From a bacterium (GTDB lineage Bacteria > Ratteibacteria > UBA8468 > B48-G9 > JAFGKM01), in the NCBI GenBank assembly GCA_026414725.1, contig JAOAIL010000002.1:24223-88222 (forward strand): a stretch of DNA of 64,000 nucleotides, read 5' to 3'. The first letter of the stretch is position 1. Each line of letters begins with the position of its first letter. Positions 43,485 through 52,730 of this stretch are shown here, one piece after another. A program made the translations under genes and the position numbers. Below the pieces are notes generated by a model, which worked only from the letters and a program-made list of their open reading frames with translations, searched no databases and was not told the origin of the DNA.

Positions 43485-45371
43485 ATGAAAAAAAGAGGTA
43501 TACGATCTAAACTGGTGTTGATGATATTTATATTCACTTTTACCGCCATAGGGGTTTTACATGCTCAACAGACACGGTCTGATATTGACCTTATGTATAT
43601 GAAAGCCCTAAATGCTTATTATGCAAAGAATTATGCAGAAGCCATTTCTATCTTCAAATCCATACAGGGAATTAATCCTTCATACAGACAAAATCAAATA
43701 AACCGGTACATAAAGGTGGCTGAAACACAGTTAGGTAAAAGTGGTGTTAAACAGACATTTAATCCAATAGAAGGAAAAGATACAGAGGTAGATGTACTTA
43801 AAGAAGACGAGTTTGAAACACTCGCTATGGCATCTCAAAAAGCCCTTCTTGATGCTTATGAATATCTACAGGATACAGAGAAAAAACATCAGATACCATC
43901 TTTTGAAATGACCGAACCAAGGTCTACAATATCTATGGCTAAGCAGGCATATGAGCAAAAACAATTTTCAGAAGCAATCCGTCTTGCAAATAAGGCAAGA
44001 TTACAAGTAGAACAGATTGTTCAGAAAAGGGAAGATGAAGAAAAACCAATCCTCGGTGAAATAGGCAAAACTCCTATTACACTGAATCTTAATAATGCTG
44101 ACCTGGAACAGACACTAAAGTTGATATATGACCTTACAGGAGCCAACATTATAATCAGCAAGGGTATAACAGGAAGGGTTACAATAAATGTTCAGGACCT
44201 ACCTTTACAAAAGGTGCTTGACCTTATATGCGAGGCAAACAAACTTAAATATTTAGAAGAAGATAAAGTAATAAAGATAATGAATGAAGATGAATATAAT
44301 GCAAGGACAAAAGTACTAAAAGAAAAAAGCAGGCGAGTATTCAATATCTTTTATGGAGATGCTTCACTGATTGCAAAATCGCTGAGAGAAACATTCAAGA
44401 TGGAATCGATAGTACATGACCCGAGAACCAACTCCATTCTTGTTGATGTTTCTAATCCAACTTTACTTCAGCAGATACAGGATGTTATATCTTCTCTTGA
44501 TATGCCCATATCCCAGGTACTTCTTGAAGCAAAAATTATTGAAATAGCACTCTCTGGAACAAATACATTTTCCATTGACTGGCTTATAAGTTCAAGATTA
44601 GTAGAAGCAATAGATGCAACACTGACGGGTCCTAAGTTTGGCATAACTCCTACTTATACACCTGGTATGTCATCAACTTTACCTGACGATACCTTCTCTT
44701 TTGGACTATCAAATAAGGACGTTAACACTCTCATAAGTGCACTGGCTTCACAGGGCGAAGTTAAACTTGTTCAGGCACCTAAGATTATGTGTCTTAATGG
44801 AACTACTGCAATCATAAGAGTGATTCAGAATTATCCTTATATTATACCGGAATATGAAACAACTACAACTGGTACCACCACTACCACAACAACCAGTGGA
44901 GGAACCATTAACGTGTATGAGGAAACAGTTGGAACAGAATTTGAAGTCACTCCTATCATACAGAGAAACAGAACTGTTTTCCTTTCTATGAATATCTATG
45001 ACTCACGTCTTGTAGAGACACGAAAACTTCAGGCGGTGGCAGCAGGACTTAACTACTCAACAGAATTACCCATAATATCAACCAGAGAAACAACTCAAAA
45101 TGTTACTGTATTTGATGGTCAGACACTTGTAATAGGCGGGATGATACAGCAGAGAAAAGAAAAGAAAGAAACAGGAGTACCTTTCCTCAGAAAAATTCCT
45201 ATACTCGGGTATCTGTTTAAAAAACCGACTTATACCACTACTAACAGTGAACTACTATTATTCCTTACTCCACATATTGTAACTACCTATCAAGAAGCAG
45301 AAACACTGACCAAACCTGATTTAGAAAAATCGGAAAAGGAGATAAAACCAGGTCTGCTTGAAAAGTTCTGA
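43485..45371 (+). CDS. secretin (PilQ-like, secretin A)
   Basis: 628 aa. Signal peptide, TPR-like N-terminal helices, secretin_N-type domain (PITLNLNNADLEQTLKLIYDLTGANII), Thr-rich linker, and C-terminal secretin domain (VIGGMIQQRKEKKETGVPFLRKIPILGYLFKK...LLLFLTPHIV). Confidence 0.75.
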   Translation: MKKRGIRSKLVLMIFIFTFTAIGVLHAQQTRSDIDLMYMKALNAYYAKNYAEAISIFKSIQGINPSYRQNQINRYIKVAETQLGKSGVKQTFNPIEGKDTEVDVLKEDEFETLAMASQKALLDAYEYLQDTEKKHQIPSFEMTEPRSTISMAKQAYEQKQFSEAIRLANKARLQVEQIVQKREDEEKPILGEIGKTPITLNLNNADLEQTLKLIYDLTGANIIISKGITGRVTINVQDLPLQKVLDLICEANKLKYLEEDKVIKIMNEDEYNARTKVLKEKSRRVFNIFYGDASLIAKSLRETFKMESIVHDPRTNSILVDVSNPTLLQQIQDVISSLDMPISQVLLEAKIIEIALSGTNTFSIDWLISSRLVEAIDATLTGPKFGITPTYTPGMSSTLPDDTFSFGLSNKDVNTLISALASQGEVKLVQAPKIMCLNGTTAIIRVIQNYPYIIPEYETTTTGTTTTTTTSGGTINVYEETVGTEFEVTPIIQRNRTVFLSMNIYDSRLVETRKLQAVAAGLNYSTELPIISTRETTQNVTVFDGQTLVIGGMIQQRKEKKETGVPFLRKIPILGYLFKKPTYTTTNSELLLFLTPHIVTTYQEAETLTKPDLEKSEKEIKPGLLEKF

Positions 45372-45451
45372 TGTCTATGTTTGATGCTGTTTCATATAAG
45401 AGAAAAAATGGGTATAATAAAACTAAGAAAGAGAAAATATGGAGGGTACCA

Positions 45452-46510
45452 ATGAACAGAAAAATATTAAACATTCTTATTATTACAGGACTATGTATAT
45501 CATCTTTTTCCCCTATTTTTGCACAGACATCCTCCACAACTTCTAGAGTAAGTACCGGTTCCAGTTCAAGAACCACTTCTACAAGCGAATGGAGGAGTGA
45601 TGAGGAAGATAAAGAAAAACGACAGGGTGTAATAAGGGATTTTATGGCATCTGTATTAGGAGGAATGTTAAGACATCCTGACCCTACGGTTAGAAAACAA
45701 GCAATCCAGTCAATTTCTTTGAGTATGATAGGTGAAGAAGGGACAGGTGGCGGACAGGAAGGAGGAATAAGAAGTTTACTTGCTATATCTAAAGAAGGAG
45801 GTGGAAGCGAAACTGAAGGTTCAACAGGTATGGGAGGGGTAGTATTTATACCTGACCTTTATGTATTACTATCTGACCCAGACCCTGAAGTAAGGGATAT
45901 TGCCTCTGTGGGACTTGATATGATATTTGGAACCGATTCTACACTATTAAAATATTTGCAGGACAACGACCCGCTTGTAAGAAAGTATGCTACCCAAATT
46001 TTTGCAAGAAAAAGAATCTCCACCTCTGAAGAGGGGAGAAGAAGTAGTGAAGAAGCACTGGCAGAAGTGAGGGACCTTCTTGCTATCAGAACTATGCTTG
46101 TTCGTCTTAAATATGAGAAAGAGCCAGCAGTAAAAAAAGCAATCCAGGATACACTTGAGTGGTACGTAAACTATGGTGGTGACACAAGAAACAGGGGTGG
46201 AAGAGAATATGAACAGAATTTATTCGGTGTAAGTGCCTCTCTTTCACTGGATTATTTGAATGACCCAGACCCTGAAATCAGAAAACAGGCAATTAAAACC
46301 ATAGGACTAAGGGATTCTTCCGATGACATACTAATAAAACTTTTAGAACGTCTCAGAGTGGAAAAAGATGAATCAGTAAGACAGGAAATCCTTACAGCAC
46401 TTGATAACATCCGAACGAAACAATCATATGACCGCGAAGGTAGAGGCGGTGGTGGCATTGGTGGTGGTATTGGTGGTGGTATTGGCGGTGGTGGATTACC
46501 ACTTCCTTAA
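45452..46510 (+). CDS. exported HEAT-repeat (PBS-lyase-type) protein with Ser/Thr-rich N-region and GGGI-repeat tail
   Basis: Signal peptide MNRKILNILIITGLCISSFSPIFAQ after a GGAGGG RBS. Repeated DPDPxVR(K/D) HEAT-like motifs. C-terminus GRGGGGIGGGIGGGIGGGGLPLP. Confidence 0.55.
   Translation: MNRKILNILIITGLCISSFSPIFAQTSSTTSRVSTGSSSRTTSTSEWRSDEEDKEKRQGVIRDFMASVLGGMLRHPDPTVRKQAIQSISLSMIGEEGTGGGQEGGIRSLLAISKEGGGSETEGSTGMGGVVFIPDLYVLLSDPDPEVRDIASVGLDMIFGTDSTLLKYLQDNDPLVRKYATQIFARKRISTSEEGRRSSEEALAEVRDLLAIRTMLVRLKYEKEPAVKKAIQDTLEWYVNYGGDTRNRGGREYEQNLFGVSASLSLDYLNDPDPEIRKQAIKTIGLRDSSDDILIKLLERLRVEKDESVRQEILTALDNIRTKQSYDREGRGGGGIGGGIGGGIGGGGLPLP
46444..46494 (+). repeat. 12-nt tandem repeat (GGTGGTGGTATT, 3 full copies plus degenerate flanking copies) encoding (GGGI)n
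   Basis: Direct reading of 46441-46500. Confidence 0.6.
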
Positions 46511-46521
46511 AATTTCTTCCT

Positions 46522-48120
46522 ATGAAAAAATGTCCATTTATTATAATAGTAGGGATATTTTGTACATTTTTAATAGTAGAATCTCCTGCAAAAGACCTTA
46601 TTCTTAACCTCAATAATGTAGATATTAAAACATTTATAAAATTTGTAGGGGACTTTACTAAAGAAAATTATGTTATAGACCCAAATGTAAAAGGAACTAT
46701 AACTGTATATGCTAATAAACCTGTACCTGCAGAAGAGATAGATAAAATTTTTAAAACCATTCTGAATCTTTATGGATATTCAGTTATTAAAAAAGATTCT
46801 CTCTCCATTATAATCCCTTCAACAGAAGCAAGGATAAGAATGCGTGAAATCAATATAGGAGATATTCCTTCTGATAAAATGGAAGATTTTATCATCCAGA
46901 TAATTCCTCTTAAACACTATCCTCCTGATATTCTTGCCCAGATACTTTCCCCTTATATCACAAAAAATGGACAGATTACAGTAGATAGTAGAACCAACTC
47001 TCTCGTTATATCTGATACAGGTGCAAACATCGCTAAAATTCAGGATATCGTAAAAAAGATAGACATTCCTTCTCCCCCGGGCAGAGATGTTTTAAAAATT
47101 TACCGTCTTGAGAATGTTGATGCTGAAGAAGTTGCAAAAATCTTAACACAGCTCCTTACCAGACCAAAACAAACCATCAGAAGGGGCGAGGCACCTCCTG
47201 TTCAACCATCTGTAGTAGCAGCAAAAGCAACTAACTCTCTTATTGTTAATGCTGACCCTGATGACTTTCCTAATATAGAAAAAATAATAAAGGAACTTGA
47301 TGTGCTAACAAATCAGGTTCTTATAGAAGCACTTATTGCAGAGGTATCCTACGAAACAACAAAAAGAATGGGGATAGAATGGGCTGCAACAGACACCTTT
47401 GATGACGAACGATTTACAGGAGGAGCAGGAACAAATTTTGGATATATCCAATCATATGCTACTACAGGTATTGCTCCTGAGGGACTTTCAATAGGTGTAT
47501 ATAAAGGTACTCTTACATATCCACTGGATATAGGAGCACTTATTAACCTTTACTCAAAAGAAGGAGAGTTCAATATCCTCTCCACACCTCAGATAGTTAC
47601 CAGTGATAACCAGGAAGCAGTTATAAACGTAAGTGAAAATATACCTTATCTAAAGGAGACACGATTTATTCAGAGCACTACGGGTTCCACAGGGGACATA
47701 ATAAAAAGTTATGATTATAAGGATGTTGGAATTACACTGAAAATTACCCCCCAGATAAGTCAGGATAAATATGTCCGATTGAAGATATCGCAAGAAGTAA
47801 CAAAAGTCATTGAAGGTGGTCTGGAAGAAGCACCAACAACAGCCAAAAGGTCAGTAGATACAACACTAATAGTTCCCAATAAAAAAACCGTGGTTTTAGG
47901 TGGACTGGTAAGAGATGATACAGAAAATACTGTAAAAAAGGTTCCTTTCTTCGGAGATATTCCTTTACTTGGGAAGTTGTTCCGATATAATTCTAAAAAA
48001 TCCACAAAAACCAATCTTCTTATCTTTATTACACCAAACATTATAACAACCTTTGAGGAAGCAGAGGCAATTAAAAAAGAAAAAGAACAGAGTATTATTG
48101 GAGATAAAATTAAAAAATAA
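46522..48120 (+). CDS. gspD: type II secretion system secretin GspD-like (secretin B)
   Basis: 532 aa. Signal peptide, N0 domain (ILNLNNVDIKTFIKFVGDFTKENYVIDPNVKGTITVY), N1/N2 repeats, canonical secretin domain (VVLGGLVRDDTENTVKKVPFFGDIPLLGKLFRYNSKKSTKTNLLIFITPNII). Confidence 0.85.
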   Translation: MKKCPFIIIVGIFCTFLIVESPAKDLILNLNNVDIKTFIKFVGDFTKENYVIDPNVKGTITVYANKPVPAEEIDKIFKTILNLYGYSVIKKDSLSIIIPSTEARIRMREINIGDIPSDKMEDFIIQIIPLKHYPPDILAQILSPYITKNGQITVDSRTNSLVISDTGANIAKIQDIVKKIDIPSPPGRDVLKIYRLENVDAEEVAKILTQLLTRPKQTIRRGEAPPVQPSVVAAKATNSLIVNADPDDFPNIEKIIKELDVLTNQVLIEALIAEVSYETTKRMGIEWAATDTFDDERFTGGAGTNFGYIQSYATTGIAPEGLSIGVYKGTLTYPLDIGALINLYSKEGEFNILSTPQIVTSDNQEAVINVSENIPYLKETRFIQSTTGSTGDIIKSYDYKDVGITLKITPQISQDKYVRLKISQEVTKVIEGGLEEAPTTAKRSVDTTLIVPNKKTVVLGGLVRDDTENTVKKVPFFGDIPLLGKLFRYNSKKSTKTNLLIFITPNIITTFEEAEAIKKEKEQSIIGDKIKK

Positions 48121-48121
48121 A

Positions 48122-49651
48122 ATGGAACGTAAGTCAGTCCTCTGGATAGAAAATCCTGAAGAGATGGTTGACCCAGAGTTATTATCTTTTTTCCCTTTCT
48201 CCTTTTTAAAAAACAACTGTATTCTCCCATTAAAGAATGATAGAGGCGAAATACTTATAGCCACAGATGACCTTTTAAAGATAGATATAAGTGAAATAAA
48301 AACACGACTTAACAGGGATATAAAAATTGCTCTTGCCTCAACAGAAACAATACAAAAATGCCTTGATAAATATTATTACCATCCAACTACATCCCAGAAG
48401 GTAATAGATGACCTCAGTTCTGAAGAGATGACACATCTTGAAGAAGATATTGATATTGAAAGTATGAATCTCCTTGACCTTGCCAACAAAGCACCTATCA
48501 TCCGTCTGGTCAATCAGATTTTATATAAAGCCATATCTATGCGCGCAAGTGATGTACATATACAGATTGGAGAATCTGTCCTTAAAGTAAGATATAGAAT
48601 TGATGGTATCTTACATGATATCTTCATTCTACCGAGGAAATTCCATCCTGCTATAGTAACAAGAATAAAAATAATATCCAATCTGGACATTGCAGAAAAG
48701 AGAATCCCCCAGGATGGAAGAACCTCTATAAAAGTAGATAGTAAGAAAATAGATATCCGTGTTTCCATCATTCCTACATTCTTTGGAGAGTCAGTTGTCC
48801 TTCGGTTGCTCGATAGAAGCACATTTCTTTTTACTCTTAATGAGCTGGGATTTTCTGAAGACACATATAAAAAATTCAATGAACTAATACACTTAGACCA
48901 TGGGATAATTCTACTAACAGGACCTACAGGAAGTGGAAAAACAACAACTTTATATGCAGCACTATCCAAGATAAACAATCCAGATATAAATATTATTACA
49001 TTAGAAGACCCTGTTGAATACAATATAGAAGGCATAAATCAGATACAGGTTAATCCAAAAGTAGGACTTACTTTTGCCAATGGATTGCGATCTATATTAA
49101 GACACGACCCTAATATCATAATGGTGGGAGAAATAAGAGACAGAGAAACAGCAGAAATGGCCATTCAGGCATCTCTCACGGGACACCTTGTTTTCAGTAC
49201 TCTTCATACAAATGATTCAACAAGTGCTATTATTAGATTGATTGATATGGGTATAGAACCTTATCTCATTGCATCCTCACTGGTAGGAGTAATGGCACAA
49301 CGACTTGTCCGTCTTAACTGTCCCTGGTGCTCTGAAGAAACACAACCACCTGTAAAAGAACTACAACAAATTTTTTCAGAAAGAGATGTTGTTGCTAAGA
49401 TAAAATATATCTCTGGTAAGGGATGTAAAACGTGTCTGAATGAAGGTTATTACGGAAGGAAGGGGATTTTTGAACTTCTTATTATTGATGAAGAAATACG
49501 GGGGCTTATATCAGAAAAAATCTCTGCTACTGAACTTAAAAAAACCGCCTTAAAAAAAGGACTTGTGACATTAAGAATGGATGGGGCATTAAAAATAAAG
49601 GAAGGATTAACAACTGTATCTGAAGTTTTAAGAGTTACTCAAGAAGTATAA
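48122..49651 (+). CDS. gspE: type II secretion / type IV pilus assembly ATPase (GspE/PilB family)
   Basis: Walker A GPTGSGKTT, Asp box, Walker B and His box, C-terminal tetracysteine (CPWC...CKTC). ATG at 48122 directly after the gspD stop is preferred over ORF-track 48053. Confidence 0.9.
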   Translation: MERKSVLWIENPEEMVDPELLSFFPFSFLKNNCILPLKNDRGEILIATDDLLKIDISEIKTRLNRDIKIALASTETIQKCLDKYYYHPTTSQKVIDDLSSEEMTHLEEDIDIESMNLLDLANKAPIIRLVNQILYKAISMRASDVHIQIGESVLKVRYRIDGILHDIFILPRKFHPAIVTRIKIISNLDIAEKRIPQDGRTSIKVDSKKIDIRVSIIPTFFGESVVLRLLDRSTFLFTLNELGFSEDTYKKFNELIHLDHGIILLTGPTGSGKTTTLYAALSKINNPDINIITLEDPVEYNIEGINQIQVNPKVGLTFANGLRSILRHDPNIIMVGEIRDRETAEMAIQASLTGHLVFSTLHTNDSTSAIIRLIDMGIEPYLIASSLVGVMAQRLVRLNCPWCSEETQPPVKELQQIFSERDVVAKIKYISGKGCKTCLNEGYYGRKGIFELLIIDEEIRGLISEKISATELKKTALKKGLVTLRMDGALKIKEGLTTVSEVLRVTQEV

Positions 49652-49714
49652 ATTTTTTCTTTCATTAAAAATATATTAAAATAATTCTCTAAATCCAGAA
49701 TTTAAATATTAGTA

Positions 49715-49785
49715 TGCCCGGTGGTGTAATGGTAACACACCGGCCTTTGGAGCCGAGGTTCGAGGTTCAAATCCTCGCCGGGCAG
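49715..49785 (+). tRNA. tRNA-Gln (UUG)
   Basis: Cloverleaf with U1:A72 typical of bacterial tRNA-Gln, anticodon loop CTTTGGA, T-loop TTCAAAT. No encoded CCA. Confidence 0.8.
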
Positions 49786-49811
49786 TAATCATAAATGTAC
49801 AGTGACAAGGA

Positions 49812-50570
49812 GTGTGCTTCATGGATTTAAATCTTGCAATAATTGTACTTGCAGCAGGGCAGGGTAAACGACTTGGTGGAGAATCTCAAAAAGTAGTGAG
49901 AAAACTTCTCGGTAAACCAATTCTTTTATATCTTTTCGATACCATAGAAAAACTCACTCCACAAAAAATAATTGTAATAGTGGGGTATAAAAAGGAAGAT
50001 GTTTTTGAACAATTAAAAAATAAAAAAGTAGAATATGCAGAACAAACTGTTTTAAAAGGAACAGGAGATGCAGTATTACAGGCGAAAGAAAAACTTGCTA
50101 ATTATAAAGGAGATATCCTTATTCTGTGTGGAGATGTCCCTTTTGTAACTATAAACACTCTCAATCAACTTATAACTATCCATAGAAATGGACAGAATGA
50201 CGGGACAATCCTCACTGCCTTTGTAAACAATCCTACTGGCTATGGAAGAATAAAAAGAGATGGAAAGGGTAGGGTGCTTTCTATAATAGAAGAACTTAAC
50301 GCTACACAGGAAGAAAAGTCCATAAAAGAGATTAATGCAGGAATATATGTATTTAAAAAAGAACCACTTTTTGACGCACTTTCAAAGGTTCAACCTGACC
50401 CGATAAAAAATGAATATTATCTAACAGATGTTATTAAACTTCTTTCCGCCAATGGCAAAACTATAGGCACATATACCACAGAAACACCCGATGAATGCCT
50501 CGGAATTAACACTCAGGAAGATATAGAAAAAGCAAAACAATTTCTATCAATAACAGGAGGTAACAGATGA
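49812..50570 (+). CDS. sugar-1-phosphate nucleotidyltransferase, GlmU N-terminal-domain-like (no left-handed beta-helix acetyltransferase domain)
   Basis: 252 aa. LAAGQGKRL pyrophosphorylase loop and GTGDA motif. Sits in the conserved glmU-prs position but is half the length of GlmU. Confidence 0.7.
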   Translation: MCFMDLNLAIIVLAAGQGKRLGGESQKVVRKLLGKPILLYLFDTIEKLTPQKIIVIVGYKKEDVFEQLKNKKVEYAEQTVLKGTGDAVLQAKEKLANYKGDILILCGDVPFVTINTLNQLITIHRNGQNDGTILTAFVNNPTGYGRIKRDGKGRVLSIIEELNATQEEKSIKEINAGIYVFKKEPLFDALSKVQPDPIKNEYYLTDVIKLLSANGKTIGTYTTETPDECLGINTQEDIEKAKQFLSITGGNR

Positions 50571-51496
50571 ATGATTGTCTTATATTTTCAGGGAATGCAA
50601 ATCCTGATTTATCTAAAAAAATCGCTGAACATTTAGGTAAAGAATTAGGCAGGATTAATATATATAAATTTGGAGATGGAGAGATATGTTTACAGATAGA
50701 AGAGAATGTAAGAGGAAAAGATGTTTTTGTTATCCAGCCAACCTGCCCACCTGTAAACGAAAATCTTATGGAACTTCTTATCACACTGGATGCTTTCAGG
50801 AGAGCATCACCTAAAAGAGTTACTGCTGTGTTACCTTATTACGGTTATGCCAGACAGGACAGAAAGGACAGACCACGTGTTCCAATTACAGCAAAACTTG
50901 TTGCTAATCTCCTTGTTTCAGCAGGTGCAGATAGAATTTTAACTATGGATTTACATGCTCCTCAAATACAAGGTTTTTTTGATATTCCTGTAGACCATCT
51001 GTTTGCAGCACCCGTAATAGTCAACTATTTAAAAGGAAAGAATTTTAAAAACCCTGTAGTGGTAGCACCTGATGTTGGTGGAGTAAAAGCAGCTCGTGCT
51101 TTTGCAAAACGACTTGAGGCAGGTCTTGCAATTGTAGATAAAAGACGTATAGGTCCCGATATGGTAGAGACAGTTCATGTAATAGGAGATGTAAAAAACT
51201 GTGAAGCCATCATTATTGATGACCTAATCTCCACTGGAAATACAATGGTTGAAGCAGCTCATAAATTACTTGATGAAGGTGCTTCTTCTATCTATGGTGC
51301 CTGTACACACGCTGTATTTTCAAACAATATAGCCAATAAACTTACTTCCTCTCTTTTCAAAGAGGTCATCATTACAGATACCATTGCAACTGATATACTA
51401 CCACATCACTTTGTAAAACTATCTGTATCAGGGCTTCTCGCTGAAGCAATTAAACGAATACATCTTGAAACATCTGTTAGTTCACTCTTCATCTAA
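50567..51496 (+). CDS. prs: ribose-phosphate pyrophosphokinase
   Basis: 309 aa. PRPP-binding DLHA...DIPVD and IIDDLISTGNT motifs. Confidence 0.9.
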   Translation: MNDCLIFSGNANPDLSKKIAEHLGKELGRINIYKFGDGEICLQIEENVRGKDVFVIQPTCPPVNENLMELLITLDAFRRASPKRVTAVLPYYGYARQDRKDRPRVPITAKLVANLLVSAGADRILTMDLHAPQIQGFFDIPVDHLFAAPVIVNYLKGKNFKNPVVVAPDVGGVKAARAFAKRLEAGLAIVDKRRIGPDMVETVHVIGDVKNCEAIIIDDLISTGNTMVEAAHKLLDEGASSIYGACTHAVFSNNIANKLTSSLFKEVIITDTIATDILPHHFVKLSVSGLLAEAIKRIHLETSVSSLFI

Positions 51497-51570
51497 ACTT
51501 CAGCCCATTGTAGGTCTCTTACGATGATTTGCCTTTTTAGAACGCCATTTTAATTTTCTCTTCTTCCTTC

Positions 51571-51654
51571 TCATTTTCTTTTCTTAGCAGCTTTCTTTAC
51601 AGATTTCTTAGCAACTTTTTTTGTTGCCTTTTTTGCTGCACATTTTTTTGCCAT
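51571..51654 (-). CDS. small ORF encoding a 27-aa extremely basic peptide (MAKKCAAKKATKKVAKKSVKKAAKKRK)
   Basis: ATG 7 nt downstream of a perfect AAAGGAGGTG Shine-Dalgarno on the minus strand. A TTGACA-17-TTAAAT promoter-like element lies further upstream (51689-51717). TGA stop. Confidence 0.35.
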   Translation of the reverse strand: MAKKCAAKKATKKVAKKSVKKAAKKRK

Positions 51655-51746
51655 TTTTTTCACCTCCTTTAACTTCAAATTTTTCTTCATTTAAAAATAT
51701 ATTTTTGTTTTTGTCAAATTTTTTTTATAATATAAAAGAGGAAAAA

Positions 51747-52730
51747 ATGAAATATCTAATCACAGGTGGTTGTGGATTTATTGGTTCTCATCTTGCAGAA
51801 ACACTTGTTTTATCAGGTAAAGATGTTACGATTATTGATGACCTTTCTACCGGCTCTATTGGTAATGTGGAAAATATCTTAAACAAAAGTAATCTTCATC
51901 TTTTTATAGACACCATCCTTAACTCTGCATTATTAGAAGAATTAATAAAAAAATCTGATTTTATTTTTCATCTTGCTGCAGTTGTTGGTGTAAAAAGAGT
52001 AATGGAAAATCCAGTTGATTCACTGATAATTAACGTGGAAGGCACATACAATGTTTTAAGATATTGTGCAAAATACAACAAAAAAATTTTTCTTGCTTCT
52101 ACATCCGAAATATACGGGAAAAATGAAAATGTCCCATTCAAAGAAGAAGCAGATATTGTTATAGGGACAACTAAGAAAAGAAGATGGAGTTATGCCTGTA
52201 CAAAAGCAATAGACGAGTTCCTTGCATTTGCATTTTATGAAGAAAAGAAACTTCCTGTGATAGTTGTACGACTATTTAATACAGTAGGACCACGACAGAG
52301 TGATAGATATGGTATGGTTATCCCTCGTTTTATAAAACAGGCACTAAATAATTTACCTATAACTGTCTTTGGAGATGGACAACAAACAAGATGCTTCATC
52401 CATGTAAAAGATATAATAGAAGGGATATTAAAACTTATAACAAAAGAAGAAGCATACGGAGACGTTTTCAATATGGGCAGTGAAGAAGAAATAACTATAA
52501 AAGACCTTGCTTTGATGATAAAAAATATGACAGGTAGTTCCTCAGAAGTTATCTTTCTTAATCCTCAAGATATTTATTCAAAGGGCTTTGAAGATATGAT
52601 TAAAAGAGTTCCTGACATTTCAAAAATCAGAAACATTACAGGTTTTTCTCCTAAGTATAACATAAAAGATATTATTAAGGACTGTATAGAAGATGTCAAA
52701 AAAGCATCAGAAATCTCAAAACACATATAG
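51747..52730 (+). CDS. NAD-dependent epimerase/dehydratase (extended SDR; UDP-sugar 4-epimerase / UDP-glucuronate decarboxylase-like)
   Basis: TGGCGFIGSHL Rossmann motif and YxxxK active site. ATG at 51747 (MKYLITGG) preferred over ORF-track 51621. Confidence 0.8.
   Translation: MKYLITGGCGFIGSHLAETLVLSGKDVTIIDDLSTGSIGNVENILNKSNLHLFIDTILNSALLEELIKKSDFIFHLAAVVGVKRVMENPVDSLIINVEGTYNVLRYCAKYNKKIFLASTSEIYGKNENVPFKEEADIVIGTTKKRRWSYACTKAIDEFLAFAFYEEKKLPVIVVRLFNTVGPRQSDRYGMVIPRFIKQALNNLPITVFGDGQQTRCFIHVKDIIEGILKLITKEEAYGDVFNMGSEEEITIKDLALMIKNMTGSSSEVIFLNPQDIYSKGFEDMIKRVPDISKIRNITGFSPKYNIKDIIKDCIEDVKKASEISKHI

Noticed and set aside
48514-49035. 173-aa minus-strand ORF inside gspE
   Set aside because: Antisense to a highly conserved ATPase gene with intact Walker motifs.
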